A DNA stretch of 64,000 bases from Thermodesulfobacteriota bacterium (GCA_963675595.2 CAXXLZ010000002.1:2880001-2944000); one strand, 5' to 3'. Positions 51,938 through 61,606 are shown, counted from the first letter of the stretch. Translations and numbers: made by a program. Notes: generated by a model from the letters alone, not told the origin.

Positions 51938-54772
51938 ATGATGGAACCCTCTCATTACCATGGACGAAGAGTCGTATCCTTACTGCTTGTCTTGATATTC
52001 ATAGGTTCGTTCGTGTCGGTCGGATCAGCCGCTGCGAATGGAGCTTTTCCCATTGTGGATACGGGTCAGAACACTTTTTACGGAACCGGGCCTCAGATTC
52101 CCGAGCCCGATCCCGGGGATGCATTTTACGGTCAGGATGCGCAGTTTGACGGCAACCAACCCGCGTATACGCTCAGTTCGGACGGTTTGACCGTGTACGA
52201 CAACGTCACCGGCCTGACCTGGACGCAAACCCCCGATTTAGACCGCGACGGCGACATCGACGCCTCGGACAAACTGAGCTTTGCCGAAGCGCAAACCTAT
52301 GCCGATACACTCAATGCCCAAAGCTTTGGAGGCTACAACGACTGGCGACTGCCGTCCATGAAGGAGCTCTACTCCCTCATGGATTTTCGCGGAACCGACC
52401 CGAATACCACGGGAACCGATACCACCGGCCTGGTCCCCTTTATCGACACCGACTATTTCGCCTTTGCCTACGGCGACACCGCGGCCGGGGAGCGCATTAT
52501 CGACGCCCAGTTCTGGTCGTCCAACGCCTACGTGGGCACCGTTTTCGGCAACCGTTCGGCCGCCTTCGGCCTCAACCTGGCCGACGGACGCATCAAAGGA
52601 TATCCGACCTCCGGATTTGTGGTAAAACAGAACTACGTCTATTTTGTTCGCGGCAACACGGAATATGGAATCAACCACTTCACGGACAACGGAGACGGCA
52701 CGGTGACGGACGACGCCACCGGATTGATGTGGTCGCAGGACGACAGCGGCGAAGGGAAGACCTGGGAAGACGCCCTGGCTTGGGTACAAAGCAGGAACGC
52801 CGAGAGCCATCTGGGTCACAACGACTGGCGGCTGCCCAACGCCAAGGAGATGCAGAGCATTGTGGACTATTCTCGTGCGCCGGACGCCACAAGTTCGGCG
52901 GCCGGCGACCCGGTCTTCAACATCACTCAAATCACCAATGAAGACGGCGACGCTGATTATCCGTGGTTCTGGACCGGCACCACGCATGTGCGCGCCGACG
53001 GCAACGGCTCAAGCGGCGTCTACATCTGCTTCGGACGCGCCATGGGCTACATGAACGGATCCTGGCTGGACGTGCACGGAGCCGGAGCCCAGCGAAGCGA
53101 CCGAAAGGACGCCGACTTCAGCAGCTACACCTACGTGCCCTACGGCTGGTATTTCGCCATGAGCCCACAGGGAGACGCCGTTCGCGTCTACAACTACGTT
53201 CGGCTGGTACGGGACGCGGATACGGTCCAGGGCAACGTCTCCCCCACCGCCGAAGCGGGCGGCCCGTACCGGGGCGAACCGGGAGAACCCATCGTGCTGG
53301 ACGGTTCCGCCTCAACGGATACGGACGGTTCCATCGCACTCTACGAATGGGACCTGGACAACGACGGCCTGTACGACGAGGCAACCGGGGTGACCACCGC
53401 TTTCTCCGCTTCAACCGCCGGTACGATCACCGTGGGTCTTCGGGTCACGGACGACGACGGAGCCACGGACACGGATACGGCCGCCGTTTACGTGGCGGAG
53501 CAAGGCACGGCTTTCGAAGGCTACAATCTGTTCGCCTCCCTTAATGCCACCACCACCTACTTGATGGACAACGACGGAAACTTCGTCCACTCCTGGGAAA
53601 CGGACTACCGGCCGGGCATCTCGGTCTATCTGTTGGATAACGGAGAACTGCTGCACACGGGCAACGCCGGTAACACGAACTTTGGAACCGGCGGCGCCGG
53701 CGGCGTCATACAGACCATCGATTGGGACGGAAACGTCACCTGGGAATACCGATATTCCGATACGTCGCACCTGCAGCACCACGACGTGGAGATTCTGCCC
53801 GACGGCAACGTGCTCATGATCGCCTGGCAACATAAATCTTATGCCGAGGCCGTGGCCGCCGGCCGAAATCCCTCATTGTTGACCGACGGCGAACTTTGGC
53901 CGGACAGTGTCGTGGAAGTGCGCCCCACCGGCTCCGCCACCGGGGAGATCGTCTGGGAGTGGCACGTATGGGACCATCTGATCCAGGATTTCGATTCCTC
54001 CAAGCCCGATTACGGACCGCCTTCGGACCATCCGGAGCTCATCGACCTCAACTACGTCATGAACGGCGGGGCCGATTGGACGCACATCAACGCCGTCGAC
54101 TACAACGCCGACCTGGATCAGATTCTGTTGAGCGTGCACAACTTCAGTGAAATCTGGGTCATCGATCACGGCACCACCACGGCCCAAGCCGCCGGCCACT
54201 CGGGAGGAACAAGAGGCAAAGGCGGAGACCTCCTCTACCGTTGGGGCAATCCTTATGCCTACGGCGCCGGAACCACCTCCGACCAGCAACTGTTTGTTCA
54301 ACACGACGCCGAATGGATCGAATCCGGCAATCCGGGGGAGGGAAACATGCTTGTCTTCAACAACGGAGCGGGGCGACCGGAAGCGAACTACTCGTCGGTG
54401 GATGAAATCGTCCCTCCCCTTAATGCGGATGGGACCTATGCCCTGATTTCGGGCTCTTCCTACGGTCCGGATCAGCCGCTTTGGACGTACACGGCGGATC
54501 ATCCCACCGATTTCTTCGCCCGAAACATCTCGGGACAGCAACGCATGCCCAACGGCAACACCTTGATCTGCAACGGGCCGGATTCGTACTTCTTTGAGGT
54601 GACCGAATCGGGAGAAACGGTCTGGGAATACGATTTCACGGGAGAGGTCTTCAAGGTGGAGCGATACGCTCCGGAATATCCGGGGTTCGACGGCACCCCC
54701 CTGGATGACGTCTCCAAGAAGTCGAAGGTTCACGCGTTGCCGGCGGTAATTCTCACGCTGCTGAGCGATTAG
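51938..54772 (+). CDS. Exported tandem DUF1566 + PKD + arylsulfotransferase-like fusion
   Basis: Same DUF1566 motifs; PTAEAGGPY...LDGSASTD PKD; QHHD, DWTHINA, YRWGNP, QHD, GQQRMPNGNTLI of ASST-like propellers; AAGGAG RBS. Confidence 0.88.
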   Translation: MMEPSHYHGRRVVSLLLVLIFIGSFVSVGSAAANGAFPIVDTGQNTFYGTGPQIPEPDPGDAFYGQDAQFDGNQPAYTLSSDGLTVYDNVTGLTWTQTPDLDRDGDIDASDKLSFAEAQTYADTLNAQSFGGYNDWRLPSMKELYSLMDFRGTDPNTTGTDTTGLVPFIDTDYFAFAYGDTAAGERIIDAQFWSSNAYVGTVFGNRSAAFGLNLADGRIKGYPTSGFVVKQNYVYFVRGNTEYGINHFTDNGDGTVTDDATGLMWSQDDSGEGKTWEDALAWVQSRNAESHLGHNDWRLPNAKEMQSIVDYSRAPDATSSAAGDPVFNITQITNEDGDADYPWFWTGTTHVRADGNGSSGVYICFGRAMGYMNGSWLDVHGAGAQRSDRKDADFSSYTYVPYGWYFAMSPQGDAVRVYNYVRLVRDADTVQGNVSPTAEAGGPYRGEPGEPIVLDGSASTDTDGSIALYEWDLDNDGLYDEATGVTTAFSASTAGTITVGLRVTDDDGATDTDTAAVYVAEQGTAFEGYNLFASLNATTTYLMDNDGNFVHSWETDYRPGISVYLLDNGELLHTGNAGNTNFGTGGAGGVIQTIDWDGNVTWEYRYSDTSHLQHHDVEILPDGNVLMIAWQHKSYAEAVAAGRNPSLLTDGELWPDSVVEVRPTGSATGEIVWEWHVWDHLIQDFDSSKPDYGPPSDHPELIDLNYVMNGGADWTHINAVDYNADLDQILLSVHNFSEIWVIDHGTTTAQAAGHSGGTRGKGGDLLYRWGNPYAYGAGTTSDQQLFVQHDAEWIESGNPGEGNMLVFNNGAGRPEANYSSVDEIVPPLNADGTYALISGSSYGPDQPLWTYTADHPTDFFARNISGQQRMPNGNTLICNGPDSYFFEVTESGETVWEYDFTGEVFKVERYAPEYPGFDGTPLDDVSKKSKVHALPAVILTLLSD

Positions 54773-54846
54773 CCCTCGACTTGGGCCTGCTTCGCCGGTA
54801 CGTAGCCCGTCGTCCTCAACAACATCACACAAAGAATGTGCTCCCA

Positions 54847-54876
54847 AAGACGATCCTTCGCCGGCCGGATCGTCTT
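54847..54876 (+). terminator. Possible terminator hairpin
   Basis: AAGACGATCC/GGATCGTCTT stem followed by a pyrimidine tract, 75 bp after the stop. Confidence 0.45.
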
Positions 54877-55211
54877 CCTCCTTCCTCCTCTTCAGAGTAT
54901 TTCCCCGAAATCCGGTTTCGCTTTTAATTCTCAGCCGATATGCATTGGATCATTGGCAAGTTCAGTAAAAAACTAGTATCATTCAAATTTAATGGACAAC
55001 ATGATCTCGCACCGATTCACAGAGTCATTTGCCGGCTAATCTCGGTATATTCCAGGCTTGGCCTTCCCCGGACTCGATGATTTTCACCGGGCGCCTCTCC
55101 ACCGAAGACGGACAAGAAACAGGTTCCCCGTCGGCGATTTTCAGGTCTCAAGACAAAACGCGACGGTGCGTAACGAACCCCGTATTCGGTCACCCCGGAA
55201 AGGAATATCGG

Positions 55212-55364
55212 ATGGCTTCCATGAATGATGAGAAGTCGCCCCGAGAACCGCGCGAACCCGACACTCCCGCAGCCAAGGAAGGCCTGTTCAAGCGTTGTCT
55301 TCGAAAGATTCTCAAGTGGGTCTTGAATCTCATCGATTTCATTACGTACATCCTGCCGTTCTGA
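55212..55364 (+). CDS. Possible 50-aa small protein
   Basis: AAAGGA RBS, ATG, amphipathic C-terminal helix; AT-rich region upstream. Confidence 0.4.
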   Translation: MASMNDEKSPREPREPDTPAAKEGLFKRCLRKILKWVLNLIDFITYILPF

Positions 55365-55536
55365 ATCGACGTCGCAGTCCGCCGCCATACCGGGAACCGA
55401 CCGGATTCCGTCCATAAAGGGACGAAGCCGAACCCATGAGACTTTGAGCCGATTCGGACCAGTCAAGCCTGGATGCCTTGGTCGGAAGTTCCGGTCATTA
55501 CCGACCCGGTAACCTGCCCGGATGGACCCCCGAATT

Positions 55537-56916
55537 TCAGGTCAGCGGTAACCGAATGATCACTTCGAGCCCGCCCTCTTCCGCGTTTTGAGCGGTCACG
55601 GTCCCGTCGTGGAGTTTCACCGATCGTTCCGTGATGGCCAAGCCGAGCCCCACCCCGCCCGTGTCCCGTTCTCGGGCGTGCGACGCACGATAAAACGGCT
55701 GGAAGAGATGGGAGATGTGGTCTTCCGGCACGCCGGCCCCGTGATCTCGAACACGGATCTGCGCATAAGCGGCGTCCTCCTCCGTCGTTCTTTCGACGCG
55801 CACCTCCACCGTGGTGTTTTCCGCCGTGTGGTGCAGCGCGTTACGGACCACGTTTTCCACCGCCCGGTGCAGCAACTCCTCATTACCGGTCACCCGACAC
55901 TCGTCCGCTTTCCGGAGCACCACCTTCCGGTTCTTTCCGGCGGCTTCGAACGCGGCATCCGATACCACTCGACGTACCATGGCCCCCACATCCAGAGATT
56001 TCTTCTCGATGGCGTCAATGCCGCTCTCCATCCAGCGCATGGTCAGAATTTGGCCCACCAATTGGTTCATCTGGTCGGCCTCATGCTCGATGCGGCTCAA
56101 TTCTTTTTCGGCGTCGGGTCCCGTTTTTCGTCTGGCAAGCTCCAAGGCCACGTTGAGGCGGGCGAGAGGAGAGCGAAGCTCGTGGGAGATGTCGGCCAGC
56201 AACTGCTTCTGCAGCACCACGAAGGCTCCGATTCGCTTCGCCATGTGGTTGAAGTCGTCGGCGAGCTCGGAGAACTCGTCCTTTCGGTTGCCGATCTTTT
56301 TGCCGATACGCACGTCCAGGTCGCCGGCGGCGAAACGCCGTGTGGCCTTCCTCAGGGCGATGATGGGCGTGGACAGATAGCGGGCGAGGCCATAGCAAAC
56401 CAGACCCGAAATTGACAGCACCAGGAGAATTCGAGCCGGCGCGAAGGGCGAATGCATGAACGGGGGAAGCGGCGGACGGTGAAAAGCTCGCTCCCCCACG
56501 ACCACAAGCGGGCCTCGATCCCCATCGCCCAGGGGAATCGCCACAAGACCAACGTCGTCCCCCGCGGAAGTCACCACCCGGCCCCGCGTGGCGGCTTTGG
56601 TTCCTAGCTCCAAGACCTCCTCCGGCGCTTCCCGGCCGTTGAGCTCCAGCCGGCCGTCGAGCAGATAGGCGTCGATGCCCGTGGACTCCCTGAAGGTCTC
56701 CGTCATACGCGAGACCGAGGAAGGATCCCCATTGAAGTAAAGGTCCCGGGCGACCCGACCGAAGAACGCGAGAGGACGGGCCACATCGTGCCGCATTCCA
56801 TCAAAGGGGGGGCCCGATTCCGTAATTCGATCCAGCGTGATCTGAGAAGCCACCACCACGGCGGTAGCCAGCCAAAACCACAGATAGATCTTGATGAAGA
56901 TGCGTTGCTTTCGCAT
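55537..56916 (-). CDS. CpxA-like sensor kinase
   Basis: IFIKIYLWFW TM1, HAMP, DISHELRSPLARL, A.ENVVRNA, D.GAGVP, FYR, GG.GLGL. Confidence 0.93.
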   Translation of the reverse strand: MRKQRIFIKIYLWFWLATAVVVASQITLDRITESGPPFDGMRHDVARPLAFFGRVARDLYFNGDPSSVSRMTETFRESTGIDAYLLDGRLELNGREAPEEVLELGTKAATRGRVVTSAGDDVGLVAIPLGDGDRGPLVVVGERAFHRPPLPPFMHSPFAPARILLVLSISGLVCYGLARYLSTPIIALRKATRRFAAGDLDVRIGKKIGNRKDEFSELADDFNHMAKRIGAFVVLQKQLLADISHELRSPLARLNVALELARRKTGPDAEKELSRIEHEADQMNQLVGQILTMRWMESGIDAIEKKSLDVGAMVRRVVSDAAFEAAGKNRKVVLRKADECRVTGNEELLHRAVENVVRNALHHTAENTTVEVRVERTTEEDAAYAQIRVRDHGAGVPEDHISHLFQPFYRASHARERDTGGVGLGLAITERSVKLHDGTVTAQNAEEGGLEVIIRLPLT

Positions 56917-56933
56917 GCGATAAATCCGACGAC

Positions 56934-57656
56934 TCAGTCATCCGAGCCGTTTGTTTCAGGGGTGAGGGCATACAAGTAACCTGCGCTGCGGATGGCCTTG
57001 ATGCGCTCCGTTCCGGCCACCAGGCGGCCGAGCTTCTTTCGAAGCCTGCTCACATGCACGTCGATGCTGCGGTCGTAAGGGGAGTGCGAACGCCCAAGTA
57101 CCTTATTGATGAGCAGCTCCCTGGACACGATACGCCCGGCGTTGCGCAGCAGCAGTTCCAGCAGGTCGAATTCAACGGCCGTGAGGTCGATGGTCTTCCC
57201 CGCGCACGAGACGCGACGAGCCGGGAGGTCCATGTCCACATCGCCCACCTTAAGGCTGCCCGGAGGCAACGTGGGGTCCGAGCTGTTCTGATCTCCCTTG
57301 GTGCGCCTAAGCACCGCTTTGGCCCTGGCGATCAGTTCTCTTGGATTGAACGGTTTGGGCAGATAATCGTCGGCCCCCATTTCCAAACCCAAAATGCGAT
57401 CCACTTCGCTTCCGCGTGCGGTGAGCATAACCACGGGAGTGGAATTGGATTGTCGGATTTGTCGTAGGGCCTCGAAGCCCGTGCAGCCCGGCAGCATGAC
57501 ATCCAGAACGACCAGGTCGTAGTCGCCCGCGCAGGCCCTGCCGGCTCCCTCGGGACCGTCATAAGAGACCTCCACGAGAAAGCCCTCCGGAGACAGATAT
57601 TCCACCAGCAGTTCACATAACTTTACATCGTCATCGATAATTAAGACGCGATCCAT
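56934..57656 (-). CDS. CpxR-like OmpR-family response regulator
   Basis: LIIDDD..L.ELL.EYL, LDVMLP, LTARGSEVDRILGLE.GADDYLPKPFNPREL, DRSIDVHVSRLRKKL. Confidence 0.94.
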   Translation of the reverse strand: MDRVLIIDDDVKLCELLVEYLSPEGFLVEVSYDGPEGAGRACAGDYDLVVLDVMLPGCTGFEALRQIRQSNSTPVVMLTARGSEVDRILGLEMGADDYLPKPFNPRELIARAKAVLRRTKGDQNSSDPTLPPGSLKVGDVDMDLPARRVSCAGKTIDLTAVEFDLLELLLRNAGRIVSRELLINKVLGRSHSPYDRSIDVHVSRLRKKLGRLVAGTERIKAIRSAGYLYALTPETNGSDD

Positions 57657-57722
57657 TATTGTAACTTCCTTTGCCTTTCGCAAAATATATCTGTTCAGAT
57701 AACAGTCAAGTCGTTTTGTTAT

Positions 57723-57789
57723 GTGAAGAAATGTAAAGTCTGCGCTGAATTGTAATTACATATCTTTACATAAATTCATTTTATTTCAC
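57723..57789. promoter_or_regulatory. CpxR-box-like array
   Basis: Plus strand GTGAA-N5-GTAAA (57723-57737); minus strand GTGAA-N5-ATGAA-N5-GTAAA-N5-GTAAT (57789-57755). Confidence 0.7.
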
Positions 57790-58276
57790 ACGATTTTTCC
57801 GTTATCAGGTCGATCTATATAGCATGTTGACGACAATAAATACGCGGAAAGTCTTTCAGTGGAAAATATTGCCGGGAAAAACCTTCCTTATCAAATCATG
57901 GGGAAGTCCGTACATCGATTCAATAGTACGGCGCTCCTCTTGATCAACCATAAACCTTTAACTTACAGGTACTTTGATAACACTTGCCTTGTAGATCGGC
58001 AAGACAAAATCAACCACCGGTATGAAACCAAGAAGGGTCTAAGGTGATTCTTTCGAGCTCCGATCCACGGAAAGCAGATCAGCCGCAAAGTGCTTACCCA
58101 ATAATCCGCCGGGCTCTTGGCGAGGCGCTCCATGCGAACGGACCATCGAACCATCCGGTTTCGCGGACCGCCCGAATCGCCGAATTGCCGCGGACATCAA
58201 TGTTTTGGGATGATCCCCCTCCCTCACCCTAAGCCGGCCGTCGGCCCCGCACCGTGAAGGGCCTCGAAAACGGAAT

Positions 58277-58291
58277 TGGCACATCCGTTGC
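58277..58291 (+). promoter_or_regulatory. Sigma54 (-24/-12) promoter
   Basis: TGGCAC-ATCCG-TTGC, the canonical spacing, 56 bp before the EF-hand gene. Confidence 0.75.
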
Positions 58292-58347
58292 CTGTAGAAG
58301 CGATGCGGTAAACCTGTTTTCTTCAGCCAACAATCAAGGAGGTAGCG

Positions 58348-59214
58348 ATGATCAGTGGAATGAGCGGAGCAGGCGCCATGTGGAGCCAAATGTCCGTTCC
58401 ACCCACACAGCCGAGCAAGGAGGAAATGTTCGGCAAGATGGATGAGAATTCGGACGGAGGCATCGATCAAAGCGAACTGGAATCCGTACTGGGGAAAATC
58501 GGAGGCAATTCCGACGACTCCACGGATGTGGTTGAGCTCTTCTCCCAGTATGACACCGACGAGGACGGAGTGCTCAGTCAAAATGAAACCGATGAAGTGA
58601 TGAAGTCCCTGCGGAAAGGGGCGCAGCAGTATGGTAATGGTTCCACCGGGCCGGATTTCAGTCAAATATTCGGAGAGGTGGATGAGGACTCGGACGGAGG
58701 CGTCAGCGAAACGGAAATGCAAAGCCTCTTGGATAAGATCGCTGAGAAATCAGGCGAAACCACCGACGTGGAAAGCCTCTTCTCGGAGTATGACGCCGAC
58801 GGCGACGGCGTGCTCGACGAAGACGAAGCCTTCAGCGCTTTCGAAGGCCTGCGGGAAGAGACTCAGGCGGCCGAGGGGGGAATGATGAGCGCCATGGGCG
58901 GACCCGGAATGCCGCCCCCACCTCCGCCGGACGCCTCTCAAGCAGCCGAGGATGCGGATTCCGACTCCGATGGCAGCATCGATGAGACGGAACTGCAGGC
59001 CTTCTTGGATCAACTCGCCGAAAACGCCGAAGTGACCACGGACGCATCGGAACTGATAGCCGAGTACGATTCCGACGGCGATGGAAAATTCAATGAAACC
59101 GAGGCCCGGAACGCTCTATCTTCGTTGTTCGGTGACATGCAGGCCTCAGCGAACACACCGAAAATGCCCATGTACTGGAAGGAAGGTTACAGACCTCTGG
59201 ATGTGGTGGCGTAG
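58348..59214 (+). CDS. Multi-EF-hand calcium-binding protein
   Basis: Six loops: DENSDGGIDQSE, DTDEDGVLSQNE, DEDSDGGVSETE, DADGDGVLDEDE, DSDSDGSIDETE, DSDGDGKFNETE; AAGGAGG RBS. Confidence 0.92.
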   Translation: MISGMSGAGAMWSQMSVPPTQPSKEEMFGKMDENSDGGIDQSELESVLGKIGGNSDDSTDVVELFSQYDTDEDGVLSQNETDEVMKSLRKGAQQYGNGSTGPDFSQIFGEVDEDSDGGVSETEMQSLLDKIAEKSGETTDVESLFSEYDADGDGVLDEDEAFSAFEGLREETQAAEGGMMSAMGGPGMPPPPPPDASQAAEDADSDSDGSIDETELQAFLDQLAENAEVTTDASELIAEYDSDGDGKFNETEARNALSSLFGDMQASANTPKMPMYWKEGYRPLDVVA

Positions 59215-59557
59215 AAACGGACAGGCTGAAGACCGACCGGTTTCCGGCCTGTACCTCCTCTACCCTCCCCAGACCGTCCCTCTCCCACCTTCCCGCTCGG
59301 GAAGCGTTTCGGTATTTCTCCGGCGGTCGGTCGATCAAAGGTGTGCGTTCGGGGGTATCTTGGGGAATCCTCGCCAAACGGGATTCCCCTAATTTCTCCA
59401 ACGGATTCATGAAAATCGTGTCACTTTGGTTGCGGCGACACCATGCTGTTGCCGTTTCGTCCGCATTGGTGCATCATTTGGAAAGAGACTCGGCAAGCCG
59501 CCTTCGGGTGGGAAGCCGAACCGATCCCTACACCGTCCATCATAGGAGTCTTTTTCC

Positions 59558-59776
59558 ATGAACAAAAGCACCGTGCTGAAATTCATCAACCCGGCACTCG
59601 CCCTTCTGCTGATCAACCAGGTCCTTTCCGGACCGCTGTACGCCGCCACCAACTCGGAGTTTCTGGAAGGCCTGCACACGGCGGGCGGCGTGACTCTGGC
59701 AGCCGTATCCGCACTCCACCTGTGGCTCAATTGGGGCTGGGTCCGCGCCACTCTGCTCAAGAAGCCGACCCACTAG
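59558..59776 (+). CDS. Small 2-TM membrane protein (DUF4405-like)
   Basis: AGGAG RBS; LKFIN..L, LH..GG, LHLWLNWGWV with two TM histidines. Confidence 0.75.
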   Translation: MNKSTVLKFINPALALLLINQVLSGPLYAATNSEFLEGLHTAGGVTLAAVSALHLWLNWGWVRATLLKKPTH

Positions 59777-59829
59777 GGTCTGATTCTTCGCGAACAAAAG
59801 CCCGTCGCGGGATTGATGGATCTGCGCCG

Positions 59830-60204
59830 GGCATTCTTTGAAAAACGCAATCCACGCCCTTTCATTGCATCCCTCGCCGCTGCGCCGTGCTGCTATGTAC
59901 CTCTCGCTCCTCGAGATCTGCGAGCCTTGCACCCCATCGTTTTTCGCCGGCCTGTAATAACTCGACCTTTTCGACAGGCCGTTGATTTGCTTTCCTTGCG
60001 GCTGCTGATATATTATCAGCCTATCAAGAATCCGGGCACGGAAATTGTCGCGTTCAACCGGCTGCATTGAATTCTGACAGGCCGTCAAAACCGCTATCTG
60101 CGCCGTTGCTCTGCATCCCTCTTCACTACGTAGTACTTCTATGGGCGCCTTGTATATTATTGTTTTTCAACAGTCCGCAATAATCCGACTTTTTCACCGG
60201 AATG
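59830..60204. repeat. Cluster of degenerate MITE-like elements (copies 2 and 3)
   Basis: About 59830-59980 and 60078-60204 share ATC...GC...TT...TGCATCCCTC and AATAA..CGAC.TTT(T)C with the reverse complement of copy 1; copy 3 is internally deleted. Confidence 0.65.
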
Positions 60205-60379
60205 TTGAAAATGCCGTCATCACCCCCTTGCCCGCTTTTCTTCATTGTGGCCCGCAGAATCCTCCCCGTTCATTTGCTTCGTCTTTCCCGGAAAAGCGCA
60301 GGGATGATGGAACCGCTTCCCGTACCGAAAACCGTTCTTGTCATTCTCCGAGCAACCCTTGGAACAGGAGGCAGCTAGA

Positions 60380-61606
60380 ATGCATTGGAAAGGAGTAGCT
60401 CCCCCCACTCACCGTGCTCCTCGCGAGGGGACAACGGCCACGAATCGAAGCCATTGGTTGAACGTTATTACTCAGTCATCCCCGTTTACAATAAAATTCG
60501 GCTTTCTCTGCTTTGTTCTGGTGCTTGTCTTATCGTCGGGTCTCGCCTTTGGTCGGCATATTATTGATCAGGGAATTTGGAAAAGCGCAGACGGAACCAT
60601 CAACTTATTTCTTCAAAAATACGACACCGGCTCTTGTGTGGTCGTAATGACCCGTGGAGACGCAAGCTATTATTGTTTTCTGGATTCCGACTGGTGGGAA
60701 GACGGAATCGCCGCCTATCAGGATATCGACGGGAATGCATACAAGCTCATTATCGAGACTTTGGTTCCCTATGGGGCCGAGATACGAAACATCTACCCTT
60801 ACATTCCGGGATATCCGTATTCAGTGGCCATGGATCGGGTTTTTGCCAACGCTTTCTCAGATACGGCACCCGTCAGCGGTATTTGGAAGAGCGATGACAA
60901 TGCCGTGAGCATTTATCTCCAGAAGTATTCCACCGGATCTTGCGTTGTGGTCTTCACGTCGGGAAGCGGCGCTTACACGGCATTTCTCGACCCGGACTTC
61001 TCCGACGGGATCAGTATGGAAAACGACCTGGCAAATGAAGGGTACCGTCTCGAAATAACCCCTGAAGAAAACAATCGGATTTTCGTTTCCATTCGCTTCC
61101 CTGATGGAACGGACCTATCCAAGTCACTCTACGCCGCCTTCCAGGAAGTTACTGACGATAATTTGGACTCGGACGGGGATGGTTATTCTAATGCGGATGG
61201 CGATTGCGACGATGTAAGCGACGATGTATATCCGGGGGCCGAGGAAATCTGCGGCGACGGCGTAGATCAAGATTGCGACGGCTCCGACCTTCAGTGCGAA
61301 AGCAACGAACCGCCCGCATTCGCGCCTATGCACTCACACGAAATCGACTATGAATACGACAAGTTCGGTATTCTGATCAACGGGATACTTACGGTGACTC
61401 AAACCGCCTCAGATCCCGACGGGGATGCACTTTCCTACCAATGGAAAGTCGGCTCCGGATGCGGCGAAATTCTCGAAGGTGAAAATTCTTCAATGGTGGA
61501 AGTGGATCTTTGCGTTGTTCTCGGTGAGTTCGCGCCAGTGACGCTGGAGTTGGTCGTATCGGACGGACACGGGCATATAGTAAGCAAGTCCTTTAATTTT
61601 CAATAA
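60380..61606 (+). CDS. Exported protein: two unknown repeats, MopE-related Cys/Asp metal-binding motif, Ig-like end (start uncertain)
   Basis: GIWKS.D...LQKY.TGSCVVV twice; DSDGDG...DCDD...YPGAEEICGDGVDQDCDG; ASDPDGDALSYQW...VSDG. Confidence 0.8.
   Translation: MHWKGVAPPTHRAPREGTTATNRSHWLNVITQSSPFTIKFGFLCFVLVLVLSSGLAFGRHIIDQGIWKSADGTINLFLQKYDTGSCVVVMTRGDASYYCFLDSDWWEDGIAAYQDIDGNAYKLIIETLVPYGAEIRNIYPYIPGYPYSVAMDRVFANAFSDTAPVSGIWKSDDNAVSIYLQKYSTGSCVVVFTSGSGAYTAFLDPDFSDGISMENDLANEGYRLEITPEENNRIFVSIRFPDGTDLSKSLYAAFQEVTDDNLDSDGDGYSNADGDCDDVSDDVYPGAEEICGDGVDQDCDGSDLQCESNEPPAFAPMHSHEIDYEYDKFGILINGILTVTQTASDPDGDALSYQWKVGSGCGEILEGENSSMVEVDLCVVLGEFAPVTLELVVSDGHGHIVSKSFNFQ

Noticed and set aside
50342-54772. 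Diversity-generating retroelement targeting the DUF1566 genes
   Set aside because: No reverse transcriptase in the window and no non-coding template repeat differing only at adenines; the similarity is between two coding paralogues.
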